Positions 30,204 through 40,488 are shown, counted from the first letter of the stretch. The stretch: DNA of 64,000 nucleotides from an uncultured Pelagibacteraceae bacterium (GCA_902542975.1 CACBWM010000003.1:16807-80806), one strand, 5' to 3'. The notes: generated from the sequence alone by a model not told the origin. Translations and numbers: made by a program.

Positions 30204-31882
30204 GTTTTTTAAAAATACAAAATTTAAGTGTGGATTATAAATTGAGAAAAGAGACAGTTCATGCTGCAAAAGATATTAATATTGAGATAAAAAGAGGAGA
30301 AATTGTAGGACTAGTTGGGGAATCTGGGTCTGGAAAAAGTACTGTAGCAAATGCAATAATTGATTTAATTGACGAACCAGGGAAAGTATCTGAAGGATCA
30401 ATTTATTTAAGCGATATAAATATTCATGAAAATAAAAAAAATATTCTAAGTTTAAGAGGAAAAAAAATTGGATTTATTTTTCAAGATCCTCAGACATCTT
30501 TAAATCCTATCTTAACAATTGGACAACAGCTTATTGAAACAATCCAAACTCATTTAAACCTCAGTAACTCAGAAGCAAAAGAAAAATCAATAAATCTTTT
30601 AAAAGAAGTAGGCATAAAAGATGCTGAAAAAAGATTTAATGATTATCCTCATCAATTTTCAGGAGGCATGAGACAAAGAGTTGTTATATCGCTTTCTCTG
30701 TGTTGTGAACCAGAGTTGTTAATTGCAGATGAGCCCACAACTGCACTTGATGTATCAATACAATCGCAAATATTAGAACTTATCAAAAAACTGACTAAAG
30801 AAAGAAATTTAGCAGTTATATTAATTACACATGATATGGGAGTTATAGCAGAGACTACCAATAGAGTTGCTGTCATGAAAAATGGTAATTTGGTAGAATT
30901 GGGAACAACAAAGCAAATATTAACAGAACCAAAAGAAACTTATACAAAAAGTTTAGTTAGTTCTGTTCCTCCCACAAATAAAAAGATATCCAGATTTAAA
31001 ATTATAGAGAAAGAAAATAATAACCAGGAAAATATTAATTTAAAAATTTTAAACAGATGGAATAAAAGAGAAATTTCAAAAAAAGATTTAGTTCAAATAA
31101 AAAATCTTTCTAAAACTTTTAATGAAGGTTTTTTTACAGAAAAATCTCAAAATAATGTATTAGCAGTTGATACTGTTTCATTTAATATACAAGAAGGAAA
31201 ATCTTTTGGACTTGTTGGCGAAAGTGGCAGTGGAAAGACTACAATTGCAAAAATGATTGTTAATTTATTTAAACCCACCTCAGGTGAAATTTATTTCGAT
31301 GATGTATGTATTAATAATATAAAAAGTAATAAAGAATTGCTTAAATTCAGAAAACAAATTCAAATGATATTTCAAGATCCATACTCTTCGTTAAATGGTA
31401 GGCTTAAGGTTAAAGATATCATCGCTGAACCTATAAATTTACATGATGCAAATATTAGCTCTAATGAATTAAATGAATATATAAATGATCTCTTAGACTC
31501 GGTAGAGTTATCCAAGTCTTCAGCTGAAAGATATCCGCATGAGTTTTCGGGAGGACAAAGACAAAGAATTTCTATTGCAAGAGCGTTAGCAACAAAACCA
31601 AGATTATTAGTTTGTGATGAACCAACATCTGCTTTGGATGTGAGTATTCAGGCTCAAATACTAAATTTACTTAAAGATTTACAAGAACAACTTAATTTAA
31701 CTATACTTTTTATAAGTCATGATCTACCAGTTGTACGACAAATGTGTGATGACATTGGAGTTTTAAGGAATGGAAAACTATGCGAGGTGTCTGAGACAGA
31801 AGAGTTGTTTAAAAATCCAAATCATGAATATACTAAGGAATTATTAAGATTAATGCCTAAAATAGAAACAATTTACAATTAA
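30200..31882 (+). CDS. Fused DppD/DppF ABC ATP-binding protein
   Basis: Two Walker A motifs GESGSGK, YPHQFSGGMRQR and YPHEFSGGQRQR. Confidence 0.95.
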   Translation: MSFLKIQNLSVDYKLRKETVHAAKDINIEIKRGEIVGLVGESGSGKSTVANAIIDLIDEPGKVSEGSIYLSDINIHENKKNILSLRGKKIGFIFQDPQTSLNPILTIGQQLIETIQTHLNLSNSEAKEKSINLLKEVGIKDAEKRFNDYPHQFSGGMRQRVVISLSLCCEPELLIADEPTTALDVSIQSQILELIKKLTKERNLAVILITHDMGVIAETTNRVAVMKNGNLVELGTTKQILTEPKETYTKSLVSSVPPTNKKISRFKIIEKENNNQENINLKILNRWNKREISKKDLVQIKNLSKTFNEGFFTEKSQNNVLAVDTVSFNIQEGKSFGLVGESGSGKTTIAKMIVNLFKPTSGEIYFDDVCINNIKSNKELLKFRKQIQMIFQDPYSSLNGRLKVKDIIAEPINLHDANISSNELNEYINDLLDSVELSKSSAERYPHEFSGGQRQRISIARALATKPRLLVCDEPTSALDVSIQAQILNLLKDLQEQLNLTILFISHDLPVVRQMCDDIGVLRNGKLCEVSETEELFKNPNHEYTKELLRLMPKIETIYN

Positions 31883-31891
31883 GGAGGTGAA

Positions 31892-32284
31892 ATGGCAGTT
31901 TTTAATATGATTGAAGAAGCTGATGCTACAGGAAAGGTGAAAGAGGTATTTGAAGATATAAAAAAGAAGAGAAACACAGATTACATAAACAATTTTTGGA
32001 AAATGTTAGCCAACAACCCAGAAACTTTAGAGAGAACTTGGACTTCTATACAGCAAGTGATGAAAAAAGGTGCTTTGGATGAAATGACAAAAGAGCTTAT
32101 TTATGTTGCAGTTTCAATGACAAATAGTTGTGAGTATTGCATTAAATCTCACAGTATCGCTGCTAAATCTAAAGGTGCTACTACTGAGATGTTAAGTGAA
32201 CTTATAGCAGTCGTTGCAATGGCAAATGAAACCAACAGACTTGTTGAGTCATATCAGGTAAAAGTTGATAAAGTTTATGAATGA
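31892..32284 (+). CDS. Carboxymuconolactone decarboxylase/AhpD family protein
   Basis: KELIYVAVSMTNSCEYCIKSH (CxxC..H); SD AAGGAGG upstream. Confidence 0.88.
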   Translation: MAVFNMIEEADATGKVKEVFEDIKKKRNTDYINNFWKMLANNPETLERTWTSIQQVMKKGALDEMTKELIYVAVSMTNSCEYCIKSHSIAAKSKGATTEMLSELIAVVAMANETNRLVESYQVKVDKVYE

Positions 32285-32837
32285 TAGAGCCAAAGCAATA
32301 TTAGATTTTTGGTTTGATGATATGGTTGTTGAAAAGCGATTTAAAAGAGATGATAATTTTGATCAATTGATTAAAGACAAATTCAAAGATGATCATGAAA
32401 AAGCTACTTTGAATGAATATGATGATTGGCAAGATGAACCATTAAGTACTCTAGCTTTAGTTATTTTATTGGATCAATTTTCAAGAAATTTATATAGAGA
32501 CGATAAAAAAGCTTTCGAGTTTGACCATAAAGCAAGACTGATAGTAAATGATGCAGTTTATAACGGGTATCTTGATCAAATGGATGAATATCAACGTTTT
32601 TTCATGCTACTGCCATACATTCACAGCGAAGAAGTTATAGATCATGATAGAGCATATAAATTGTTGGATAACTATTTATCTAACCATCCAAACTATAATG
32701 AGATAAAAAAATTTTGGAAAGATCATACAGCTGCAATTAAAAGATTTCATAGATATCCTCATCGAAATAAAGTTATGGGAAGAAAATCTACACCAGATGA
32801 GTTAAAATTTTTGGAAAGTCCAAATTCCTCGTGGTAA
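32277..32837 (+). CDS. DUF924 family protein
   Basis: ILDFWF, ILLDQFSRNLYR, LPYIHSE, RFHRYPHRN..GRKST. Confidence 0.88.
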   Translation: MNDRAKAILDFWFDDMVVEKRFKRDDNFDQLIKDKFKDDHEKATLNEYDDWQDEPLSTLALVILLDQFSRNLYRDDKKAFEFDHKARLIVNDAVYNGYLDQMDEYQRFFMLLPYIHSEEVIDHDRAYKLLDNYLSNHPNYNEIKKFWKDHTAAIKRFHRYPHRNKVMGRKSTPDELKFLESPNSSW

Positions 32838-33752
32838 TTATTCTATTGGATAATCCCAAGCATCTCCACCAATAACTTTTGATATAGCGGAAAAATCTTT
32901 CGAACCATTTCCATCTTCACAAAACTTTGAATATATTTCTAATGCCATCTCTCCTAATGGAGTAGATGCATTTGCATTTTTAGCACATTCATTTGCAAGT
33001 TTTAAATCTTTGTTCATCATACCTGCAGAAAAGCCAGGCTTATATTTGTTGTTAGATGGAGTTCCTTCAATTAATCCAGGCAAGGGTGGATAAACTGAAA
33101 TAGGCCAGCTATTTCCAGAGGCATTTTTCATAATTTCATGAACTTTCTTTATATCTATATTCAATCTTCTTGCTAACATTAACGACTCTGAAGCAGCAAT
33201 CATTGTTATTCCAAGAGACATGTTGTTACAAATCTTTGCACCGTTTCCGCTTCCTATTTCTCCAGCATGGTATATGTTTTTACCCATTAATTTTAAAATA
33301 GGTAAAGCTTGATTAAATGCATCATTTGATCCACCGACCATAATATTTAATGTTGCTTTTTGTGCACCCATCACTCCACCACTTACTGGTGCATCAATCA
33401 TCTTAATACCTTTTTCATTTGCTTTTTTTCCTATTTCTTTAGAAGTATCTATATCGATTGTTGAACAATCTATTAGTAGACAATTTTTAGAAACTTTATC
33501 TAGAACACCATTTTCTTTTAAATAAACTTCTTTCGAATGTTTGCCTTCAGGCAGCATAGTGATTACAATAGACGTTTCACTATTGATTAGCTTTCCAAAA
33601 TCCTTCTCAACATCAAGATTATTTTCAATGGCTTTATCAATCATCTCTTTAGAAACATCAAAAACCTTAACTTTTTTCCCAGCATTTTTTAAATTACAGG
33701 CCATTGGGTTTCCCATATTACCAACTCCTATAAAAGCTATATTTTCACTCAT
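32838..33752 (-). CDS. mmsB: 3-hydroxyisobutyrate dehydrogenase
   Basis: AFIGVGNMGNPMA, DCSTID, DAPVSGG, KICNNM, YKPGF..MNKDL, KDFSAI. Confidence 0.88.
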   Translation of the reverse strand: MSENIAFIGVGNMGNPMACNLKNAGKKVKVFDVSKEMIDKAIENNLDVEKDFGKLINSETSIVITMLPEGKHSKEVYLKENGVLDKVSKNCLLIDCSTIDIDTSKEIGKKANEKGIKMIDAPVSGGVMGAQKATLNIMVGGSNDAFNQALPILKLMGKNIYHAGEIGSGNGAKICNNMSLGITMIAASESLMLARRLNIDIKKVHEIMKNASGNSWPISVYPPLPGLIEGTPSNNKYKPGFSAGMMNKDLKLANECAKNANASTPLGEMALEIYSKFCEDGNGSKDFSAISKVIGGDAWDYPIE

Positions 33753-33764
33753 ATGACATCCTCT

Positions 33765-33986
33765 CTATTTAGTAATTTTTTCCACTAATTTATTAACCAA
33801 TGGTGCAACAAAAGTCGTTGCAACTAATGCAACTGGCAAACTAATAGACCAAGCTTTGAAAAATCTTTTATAATAAAATTCATCATAACCTGTATTTATA
33901 AATGTAATAATTAGGGTCATTAACAAACTCATTCCTAAACCCATAAAAAAAACGAAAAGAATTTTAGAAAATTTTTTTGGAAACAT
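33765..33986 (-). CDS. Small membrane protein, DUF2798-like
   Basis: Two hydrophobic segments, MSLLMT..N.G and W..S.PVA..APLV pattern. Confidence 0.65.
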   Translation of the reverse strand: MFPKKFSKILFVFFMGLGMSLLMTLIITFINTGYDEFYYKRFFKAWSISLPVALVATTFVAPLVNKLVEKITK

Positions 33987-34861
33987 TATTTATATTTGTC
34001 TTCAATATCGTAATATTCGTTGAAGCCAACTATATCTCTTAAGTCTGAAAATTTAGAAACATTTTTATTATAAACTTTATTTTTCATATTATTCAAACAT
34101 TCTTGCATCGTTTTTACTGATGCACTCATTAGGGTTAGAGGCATTACAGCAATTTTATAACCAATTTCCTCTATTTCATTAATTTCCAATAATGGGGTTT
34201 CACCATCTTCGATCAAATTTAACATATGATGACCTGGAACTTCTTTAATAATTCTTTTCATATCTTCTTTATTTTTAACAGCTTCAATAAATAAAATATC
34301 AACACCAAGTTTTGAAAAAGATTGCATTCTTTTAATTGCATCATCTAATCCTCTAGTTGCTATGGCATCAGTTCTTGCCATTATTAAGATATCTTTATTT
34401 CCATATTCTCTTGCATCCACCGCAGCTTTAATTCTTGAGTTTGCCTCATCAAGTTCGACAACATCTTTACCCTTTGTGTGACCACATTTTTTTGGCCACT
34501 TTTGGTCTTCAATCATCACACCAGCTGCTCCTGCATCCGCATATCCTCTTACAGTTCTAAATACGTTCACTGAATTTCCATATCCAGTATCCCCATCAAA
34601 TATTATTGGAATTGATGTAGCATTACATATATTTCTTACTTGTTCTGCCATTTCAGAAAAAGAAATTAAACCTGTGTCCGGCATACCAAGTTTTGTTGAT
34701 GAAACACTGAAGCCAGACATAAACCCAACTTTCAAACCTTCTCTTTCAATTAATTTTGCTGATAATGCATCAAAGCATCCAGGCATTACAATTATTTCTG
34801 GTCCATTTAATAATTGTCTTAATTGTTCTGCTTTATCTTTTGATTTTATTTTTGAAAACAT
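33986..34861 (-). CDS. Isocitrate lyase/PEP mutase superfamily C-C lyase
   Basis: PGCFDALSA, FMSG, DGDTGYG, IEDQKWPKKCGH, ARTDA. Confidence 0.9.
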   Translation of the reverse strand: MFSKIKSKDKAEQLRQLLNGPEIIVMPGCFDALSAKLIEREGLKVGFMSGFSVSSTKLGMPDTGLISFSEMAEQVRNICNATSIPIIFDGDTGYGNSVNVFRTVRGYADAGAAGVMIEDQKWPKKCGHTKGKDVVELDEANSRIKAAVDAREYGNKDILIMARTDAIATRGLDDAIKRMQSFSKLGVDILFIEAVKNKEDMKRIIKEVPGHHMLNLIEDGETPLLEINEIEEIGYKIAVMPLTLMSASVKTMQECLNNMKNKVYNKNVSKFSDLRDIVGFNEYYDIEDKYK

Positions 34862-34863
34862 AT

Positions 34864-36135
34864 TTATAATTTAAAAGGTATATATAATGCTAGGTCAGGG
34901 AATAAGTAAATAACAAATACTGTAAATAACATTATAATGACAAAAGGTATCACACCTTTAGCTATTTCTGACATTTTTGCTTTACCAATTGCTTGGAGAA
35001 CATAAATATTTAGTCCAACGGGTGGTGTAATTAATGCACACTCAATCATTAGTGTAAAAATTATTCCAAACCAAATTAAATCAATATTCATTGCAGCGAT
35101 TGAAATCGAAAATATAGGCATCATGATTAAAATTAATGAAAGAGTTTCCATTATAAATCCTAGGATTAACAAAGTAATACAAACAACTAGTATAAATAAA
35201 CCAGTCTCATTAATATTAGTAACTATGAAAGATGATAAATCTTGAGGAATTCTATAAAGAGAAATTGCTTTACCAAAAACTTTAGCTCCTGCAATAATTA
35301 TAAATATAGTAACTGTAGTTTTCATTGTCTCCAAACCAGCTTCGATAAAACCTTTAAAATCTAATCTTTTTTTAGCCACAACATAGATAAATGATATTAA
35401 AAAACCAATACCACCTGCCTCTGTTGGTGTATAAATTCCAGCATAAATTCCACCTAGCATGATGAAGGCCATTAATAATATTGGCAAACCTCTTTTTGTG
35501 TACTTAATTTTTTCTTCTAAAGTACTGGATACATTTTGAACTTCTTTATTAAAAAATTTTACGTAAAAAACTGAAAAAATAATAAAAAATAATGCTAAAA
35601 CTATTCCTGGCCCAATTCCTGCAAGAAACATACTTAGTACAGACTCTTCAACAACAAATGCATAAACAATCATTGGAATTGATGGAGGAATTAAAATCCC
35701 TAAAGTGCCACCCGCTGCCAAAATACCTAAAGTAAAATTTCTGTGATAACCTCTATTAATCATTGCAGGAAATGCTACAGTTGAGATTGTTGCAGCTGTA
35801 GCCACTGATGATCCAGATATAGCAGCAAAAATACTGCAAGAAACTATAGTTGCTATTGCTAAACCTCCTGGAAAATTTCCAACCCAGCTTTGAGCAAAAT
35901 TAAATAGATCTTCTCCAACACCTGCTTTTAACAATATATTAGACATCATCAAAAACATCGGAACAGCTAATAAAATAAAGTTATCTGCCACACTGTAAAA
36001 AGTTTGTGGGATCATTAAAGGAGAAATATCTCCAAATAACATTAAACCCAATCCTATAGAGCCTAAACCAAATGCTATTGGCACTCCTAAAAAAAGTACA
36101 AAAAATAACAAAAATAAGATTATTGCTACTGTCAT
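34864..36135 (-). CDS. dctM: TRAP transporter large permease
   Basis: SGSSVAT, GGTLGILIPPSI, TPTEA, ITPPVGLN. Confidence 0.93.
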   Translation of the reverse strand: MTVAIILFLLFFVLFLGVPIAFGLGSIGLGLMLFGDISPLMIPQTFYSVADNFILLAVPMFLMMSNILLKAGVGEDLFNFAQSWVGNFPGGLAIATIVSCSIFAAISGSSVATAATISTVAFPAMINRGYHRNFTLGILAAGGTLGILIPPSIPMIVYAFVVEESVLSMFLAGIGPGIVLALFFIIFSVFYVKFFNKEVQNVSSTLEEKIKYTKRGLPILLMAFIMLGGIYAGIYTPTEAGGIGFLISFIYVVAKKRLDFKGFIEAGLETMKTTVTIFIIIAGAKVFGKAISLYRIPQDLSSFIVTNINETGLFILVVCITLLILGFIMETLSLILIMMPIFSISIAAMNIDLIWFGIIFTLMIECALITPPVGLNIYVLQAIGKAKMSEIAKGVIPFVIIMLFTVFVIYLFPDLALYIPFKL

Positions 36136-36608
36136 TTAATTATATCTTTTATGTATTTAGGTACTTCAAAAAGCACTCTTAATACCAAAAATGCAAAACA
36201 TAATGGTATTGCAAATTCTGTAAGAAAAGATGGAACATCTAAAATTGTGGAGCTTGTTCTCCCAACTTTAAGAGAGTCGTAAGCAATTAACCATCCATAA
36301 TAAAGCACAAATCCACTAAAAATTAAAATGAATATTGCACTTATTAAATCTAATATCTTTTTTCCTTTATCTCCTACTTTGTCATATATAACTGTTATTC
36401 TGATAAAATCATTTTTATGAAAAGTATAAGTTAAAGCTAAATAAGTAGCCCAAATTTGTAAAAATCGAGAAATTTCATTAACCCAAATAGTAGGTGAATT
36501 AAATATGTATCTCATGATAACTTCATAAGAAACTATAAAGCCTATCATAATAAATAACGCTGAAGCCAAATAGCCAGAGTATTTTACAATTTTGTCGTAG
36601 GTATTCAT
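36132..36608 (-). CDS. dctQ: TRAP transporter small permease
   Basis: EVIMRYIFNSPTIWVNE; 4 TM helices; start moved to MNTY at 36608. Confidence 0.9.
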   Translation of the reverse strand: MNTYDKIVKYSGYLASALFIMIGFIVSYEVIMRYIFNSPTIWVNEISRFLQIWATYLALTYTFHKNDFIRITVIYDKVGDKGKKILDLISAIFILIFSGFVLYYGWLIAYDSLKVGRTSSTILDVPSFLTEFAIPLCFAFLVLRVLFEVPKYIKDIIK

Positions 36609-36611
36609 TTG

Positions 36612-36636
36612 AAAACCCCGCACTTAAGTGCGGGGT
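36612..36636 (-). terminator. Intercistronic stem-loop after dctP
   Basis: Perfect palindrome ACCCCGCACTTAAGTGCGGGGT (36615-36636), short T-run on minus strand. Confidence 0.75.
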
Positions 36637-36647
36637 ATTTATATGAT

Positions 36648-37637
36648 TTAAAGTTTGTTTGCAGCTTTTACAAGTTGATCACCAACTCCACCAGCTCCAC
36701 CTGTTCTTGATATGTAATCATCAATAACAGATGATGATGCTTTTTTAAGAGCAGAAACTTCTGAACTACTTAGGTTTACAATGTTCATTCCATTTGCTTT
36801 TGCTTCTTTGTAAGCACCAGCTTCGATGTTAGCCATGTCATCTCTTACAGCTTTTTCAGCTACTTTTGATGCTTCAGCTATAGCGTCTCTTTGTTTTTGA
36901 GTTAATGAGCTTAGCCATTTGTCATTAGCAACAACTACGAATTCGATATCGCCATGATTTGTAACTGTTAAAGTATCCATTACTTGATATAATTTTCTAG
37001 ATTTTACACCAGATACACCAGTCATACCTGCATCAACAGTATTTCTTTGGTAAGCTAAATATTGCTCAGATCCAGATATTAATGCTGGTTTGCCACCTAA
37101 AGAACTCACAAAAGCTCCAAGTGTTTTTCCAAAAACTCTGATTTTTTTGTCTTTAAAATCAGCCGGAGTTTTCATTGGACCACCATTGGATAACATAATT
37201 GCTGATCCATAAGCTTGATAATAAAGTGGAACTGCTCCTGTCTTTGCTATTGCAGGATCAAGAATAGCTCTTATCTCAGATCCAGCTTGAGTTGCTTTTC
37301 TTACTTTTTGTTCTGAATCAAATAAGAATGGAAGATAGAAAACATCAACTTCAGGATTAGTTCCTGCAAATCTTGTTATAGATGCAACACCAGCTTCGAT
37401 CGCTCCTGAACCTACAGCTTGTGGAACCTCTTTATCTTTGTAAAGTTGTGCAGAGTCGTAAATCTCTACTTTAATGTCTGATCTTGATTCTAATTCTTTT
37501 TTAAATACCAAAAGGTTCTGACCTAAGTGAGCCTTTAATGGTAATTGAAGTGTAATTCTCATTTTTGTTTCAGCCAAACTTGCACTGGCAAAAGAAACGA
37601 AAATTAGAGAAAATATTATTCTTTTAAAGATTTTCAT
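36648..37637 (-). CDS. dctP: TRAP transporter substrate-binding protein
   Basis: Signal peptide, YDSAQLYKD, KKIRV, YLAYQRNTVD; SD AGAGGG upstream. Confidence 0.92.
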   Translation of the reverse strand: MKIFKRIIFSLIFVSFASASLAETKMRITLQLPLKAHLGQNLLVFKKELESRSDIKVEIYDSAQLYKDKEVPQAVGSGAIEAGVASITRFAGTNPEVDVFYLPFLFDSEQKVRKATQAGSEIRAILDPAIAKTGAVPLYYQAYGSAIMLSNGGPMKTPADFKDKKIRVFGKTLGAFVSSLGGKPALISGSEQYLAYQRNTVDAGMTGVSGVKSRKLYQVMDTLTVTNHGDIEFVVVANDKWLSSLTQKQRDAIAEASKVAEKAVRDDMANIEAGAYKEAKANGMNIVNLSSSEVSALKKASSSVIDDYISRTGGAGGVGDQLVKAANKL

Positions 37638-37712
37638 GTTATTTCCCTCTTTTTTGTTAAATGAGACTATTTAAGTCGACTTTAAAATTAAATACAATAT
37701 TAATAATCATCA

Positions 37713-38612
37713 ATGAATTGGATAATTGTAGCTATTTCTGGGGCTTTTTTTCAAAATCTTAGATCAACTTTACAGAAAAAACTTAATCAAAAAGTATCAA
37801 CTATTGCATCTACTTATGTAAGATTTGCTTTTGCATTACCATTTGGGACAATTTTATTTTTTTTGTATTTTCAAGACTTAAATGTAATTCCTGAAATCCT
37901 TAGTCAAAAAAAATTTATATTTAACGTATTATTAGGTTCAATTTTCCAAATAATTTTTACATTTGTTTTACTCTATTTATTTAGATTTGCTAATTTTGTA
38001 GTTGGAACTTCATTGAGCAAAACTGAAGTTATTCAGGTTGCGATTTTTGAATATTTGATAATAGGGGACAAATTAAATAAATTTGGAATAACAGGTATTA
38101 TCGTATCTACAATTGGAGTAATTATACTTTCGATTAAAGATTTAAGTTTATTTCTAAAAAACTTATTTTCAAAAACAACTTTAATTGGTTTATCTGCAGG
38201 ATTATTCCTAGGTTTAAGCGTTGTATATTTTAGAGCTGCAGCATTAACATTGGAAAATTTTAGTAATAACTTTGAAAAAGCTATAGCAACACTATTTTTT
38301 GGTTTAGTTATACAAACAACATTAGTTACTATTTATTTAATTATATTTGAAAAGTCACAGTTTAAAAAATTATATGAAAACAAATACGAATGTTTGACAG
38401 CAGGGTTAGCTGGATTTCTTGCAACATTATCTTGGTTTTATGCTTTTACATTAATACAGTCTTCATTTGTTAGAGCTATCGGCCAAATAGAATTATTATT
38501 TAGCTATGTGTCTTCAAAGTATATGTTTAAAGAAAAAGTCAAAATTACAGAAATTTTAGGGATAATTATATTTGTAGTAGGTGTACTAATTTTATTACTT
38601 AATAAGAGCTAA
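37713..38612 (+). CDS. DMT/EamA family transporter
   Basis: About 10 TM helices; AFFQNLRS, SKTEV, VRAIGQIE. Confidence 0.82.
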   Translation: MNWIIVAISGAFFQNLRSTLQKKLNQKVSTIASTYVRFAFALPFGTILFFLYFQDLNVIPEILSQKKFIFNVLLGSIFQIIFTFVLLYLFRFANFVVGTSLSKTEVIQVAIFEYLIIGDKLNKFGITGIIVSTIGVIILSIKDLSLFLKNLFSKTTLIGLSAGLFLGLSVVYFRAAALTLENFSNNFEKAIATLFFGLVIQTTLVTIYLIIFEKSQFKKLYENKYECLTAGLAGFLATLSWFYAFTLIQSSFVRAIGQIELLFSYVSSKYMFKEKVKITEILGIIIFVVGVLILLLNKS

Positions 38613-38944
38613 TTAATTCTCCCAAGATAATTAACCATTACAACACCAATAATAATTAAAAAAATCCCAATTAAACCGTATATATTTGGTATCTGATTAT
38701 ATTTAATCATCCCAAAGACTAAAATAGCAGCCACTGTTGTCCCACTATAAGTAGCATAAGTAAAACCTACTGGTATCATAGACATAGCTTTTGCAAGTCC
38801 ATACATAGTTATACACATAAAAGCTATTGATAATATCGTTGGAGTTAATTTTGAAAATCCATCTGAAATTTTAGCAAAACTATTTGCGGCAATTCCTGTT
38901 GATATAGCTAATACTAAATAAATATAACCAGATAATGGTTTCAT
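38609..38944 (-). CDS. SMR family small multidrug transporter subunit
   Basis: 4 TM helices, K.SDGFS, IPVGFTYATYSG. Confidence 0.85.
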   Translation of the reverse strand: MKPLSGYIYLVLAISTGIAANSFAKISDGFSKLTPTILSIAFMCITMYGLAKAMSMIPVGFTYATYSGTTVAAILVFGMIKYNQIPNIYGLIGIFLIIIGVVMVNYLGRIN

Positions 38945-39276
38945 TTATTTGTTCCTAATAAGTTAACTATTAAGACACCCGATATAATTAAAATCAATCC
39001 AATTATTGTATAAAAATTTGGTACTTGATTAAATTTTATAACACCAACAGCAGCTGTAGCAATTATACATAGGCCCGCAAAAGAGGCATACGTTATTCCA
39101 ACTGGTATACTTTTCATAACTAAAGACAAAGTATACATGCATCCAACAATTGTTACTGCTGTGATTATACTAGGTATTAATAATGTAAAACCTTGAGCAC
39201 TTTTAGCAAAACTGTTAGATGCTGTTCCAAGAATTACTGCGATTAATAAAATTATATAAGCAGTTATATTATTCAT
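38941..39276 (-). CDS. SMR family small multidrug transporter subunit
   Basis: 4 TM helices, KSAQGFT, IPVGITYASFAG; start moved to MNNI at 39276. Confidence 0.85.
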   Translation of the reverse strand: MNNITAYIILLIAVILGTASNSFAKSAQGFTLLIPSIITAVTIVGCMYTLSLVMKSIPVGITYASFAGLCIIATAAVGVIKFNQVPNFYTIIGLILIISGVLIVNLLGTNK

Positions 39277-39865
39277 TTGCCTTCGACCATTTGATTGCAT
39301 CTTCCATTCTATCATCTCCCCAGAATATTTCATTTTTTACAACAAATGACGGACTTCCAAATATTTTATTTTTTCTAGCTTTTTCTGTATTTGATAAATA
39401 AATATTATTTATTTCCTCAGAGCTTGCCTCTGAAACAATCTTTTCTTTATCTAAGCTTAGTTTTTTGCAGATTTCACTCAAGTTGGGTTCAACAGCAGGC
39501 TCTTTTCCTTCTTGAAACCATCGTTTATACGTAAGCTGAATGTAATCTACACCCCAATTATTTTTTAAACCTAATATTGCAATTTTATTAGCTAAATCAA
39601 ATTCTGTTAAAGGGTAAGGGACTGGTGTTTTGGCAAAAAATCCATAATTTTTTGCTCGTCTTTCTATGTCTCTCCACATGTAATCTACTTTATTTTTTTT
39701 TTCTTTAGGAAAGGGAACATTGTTCATCTCTTTCATTATTGCTCTCACACTAAAAGGAGTCCAGTTAAACTTAATTTGATGTTGTTTTTCTGCTTCTAGT
39801 GCTCGAGCAACTGAAAGATAAGTATAAGTACTTCCAATAGAAAAATAAAAATCTATGTTGTTCAC
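39269..39865 (-). CDS. DsbA family / 2-hydroxychromene-2-carboxylate isomerase (GST-kappa-like)
   Basis: IDFYFSIGSTYTYL, YMWRD, IFGSPSF, FWGDDR. Confidence 0.88.
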   Translation of the reverse strand: MNNIDFYFSIGSTYTYLSVARALEAEKQHQIKFNWTPFSVRAIMKEMNNVPFPKEKKNKVDYMWRDIERRAKNYGFFAKTPVPYPLTEFDLANKIAILGLKNNWGVDYIQLTYKRWFQEGKEPAVEPNLSEICKKLSLDKEKIVSEASSEEINNIYLSNTEKARKNKIFGSPSFVVKNEIFWGDDRMEDAIKWSKANE

Positions 39866-40186
39866 TTATTTTGGCATTGGCGTTGCGCCAGTTTCTAAAC
39901 TAATCATTTTACCATCTTTGTATTTGTAGACTGCCATAACTGCTTCTACATTACCATCATCAAATGTTACGAACGCATGGTGAACACCAACTTCATCATT
40001 TTCATAAACAATTCTAGTTTTATCTTGCTTGATATCACCACTCATTGCCCATTTGATAACATCACCTTTAGTTAAAACACTCCCTGATTTATGCATTGTG
40101 AATTTAAAATCATCATGCAAAAGTTCGTTCATTGCTGCTTCATCTTTATTTTTAATTGCAGCACTATATTTTTCTAATATTGACAT
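39866..40186 (-). CDS. NTF2/SnoaL-like small protein
   Basis: LLHDDF, VYENDEVGVHH, YKDGKMISLETGATP. Confidence 0.75.
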   Translation of the reverse strand: MSILEKYSAAIKNKDEAAMNELLHDDFKFTMHKSGSVLTKGDVIKWAMSGDIKQDKTRIVYENDEVGVHHAFVTFDDGNVEAVMAVYKYKDGKMISLETGATPMPK

Positions 40187-40197
40187 TTTTTTCTCCT

Positions 40198-40488
40198 TTA
40201 TGCTCCTTTAATTATTAATGTATTTGATACTGTATTATCTAATCTAATTTGTCTGATAGGTTTATATATTTCTGAATTGTACCACTCAAAAACTTTTTCA
40301 TAAGATGGGAATTTAATTACAACAGTTCTTGGATATTTCCACTCACCTTCAATGACTTCATTTTCGCCACCTCTTATTATGTACTCGCCGCCAAACATTT
40401 GAGCAGTTGGAGGAGCTTTTTCCAAATACTCTTTGTAATTTTCAGGATTTAACACATTAATATTTAATATGATATATCCTGAAGGCAT
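40198..40488 (-). CDS. DUF1330 family protein (dimeric alpha/beta barrel)
   Basis: FGGEYIIRGG, EGEW, VVIKFPS, WYNSEIY..R. Confidence 0.88.
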   Translation of the reverse strand: MPSGYIILNINVLNPENYKEYLEKAPPTAQMFGGEYIIRGGENEVIEGEWKYPRTVVIKFPSYEKVFEWYNSEIYKPIRQIRLDNTVSNTLIIKGA

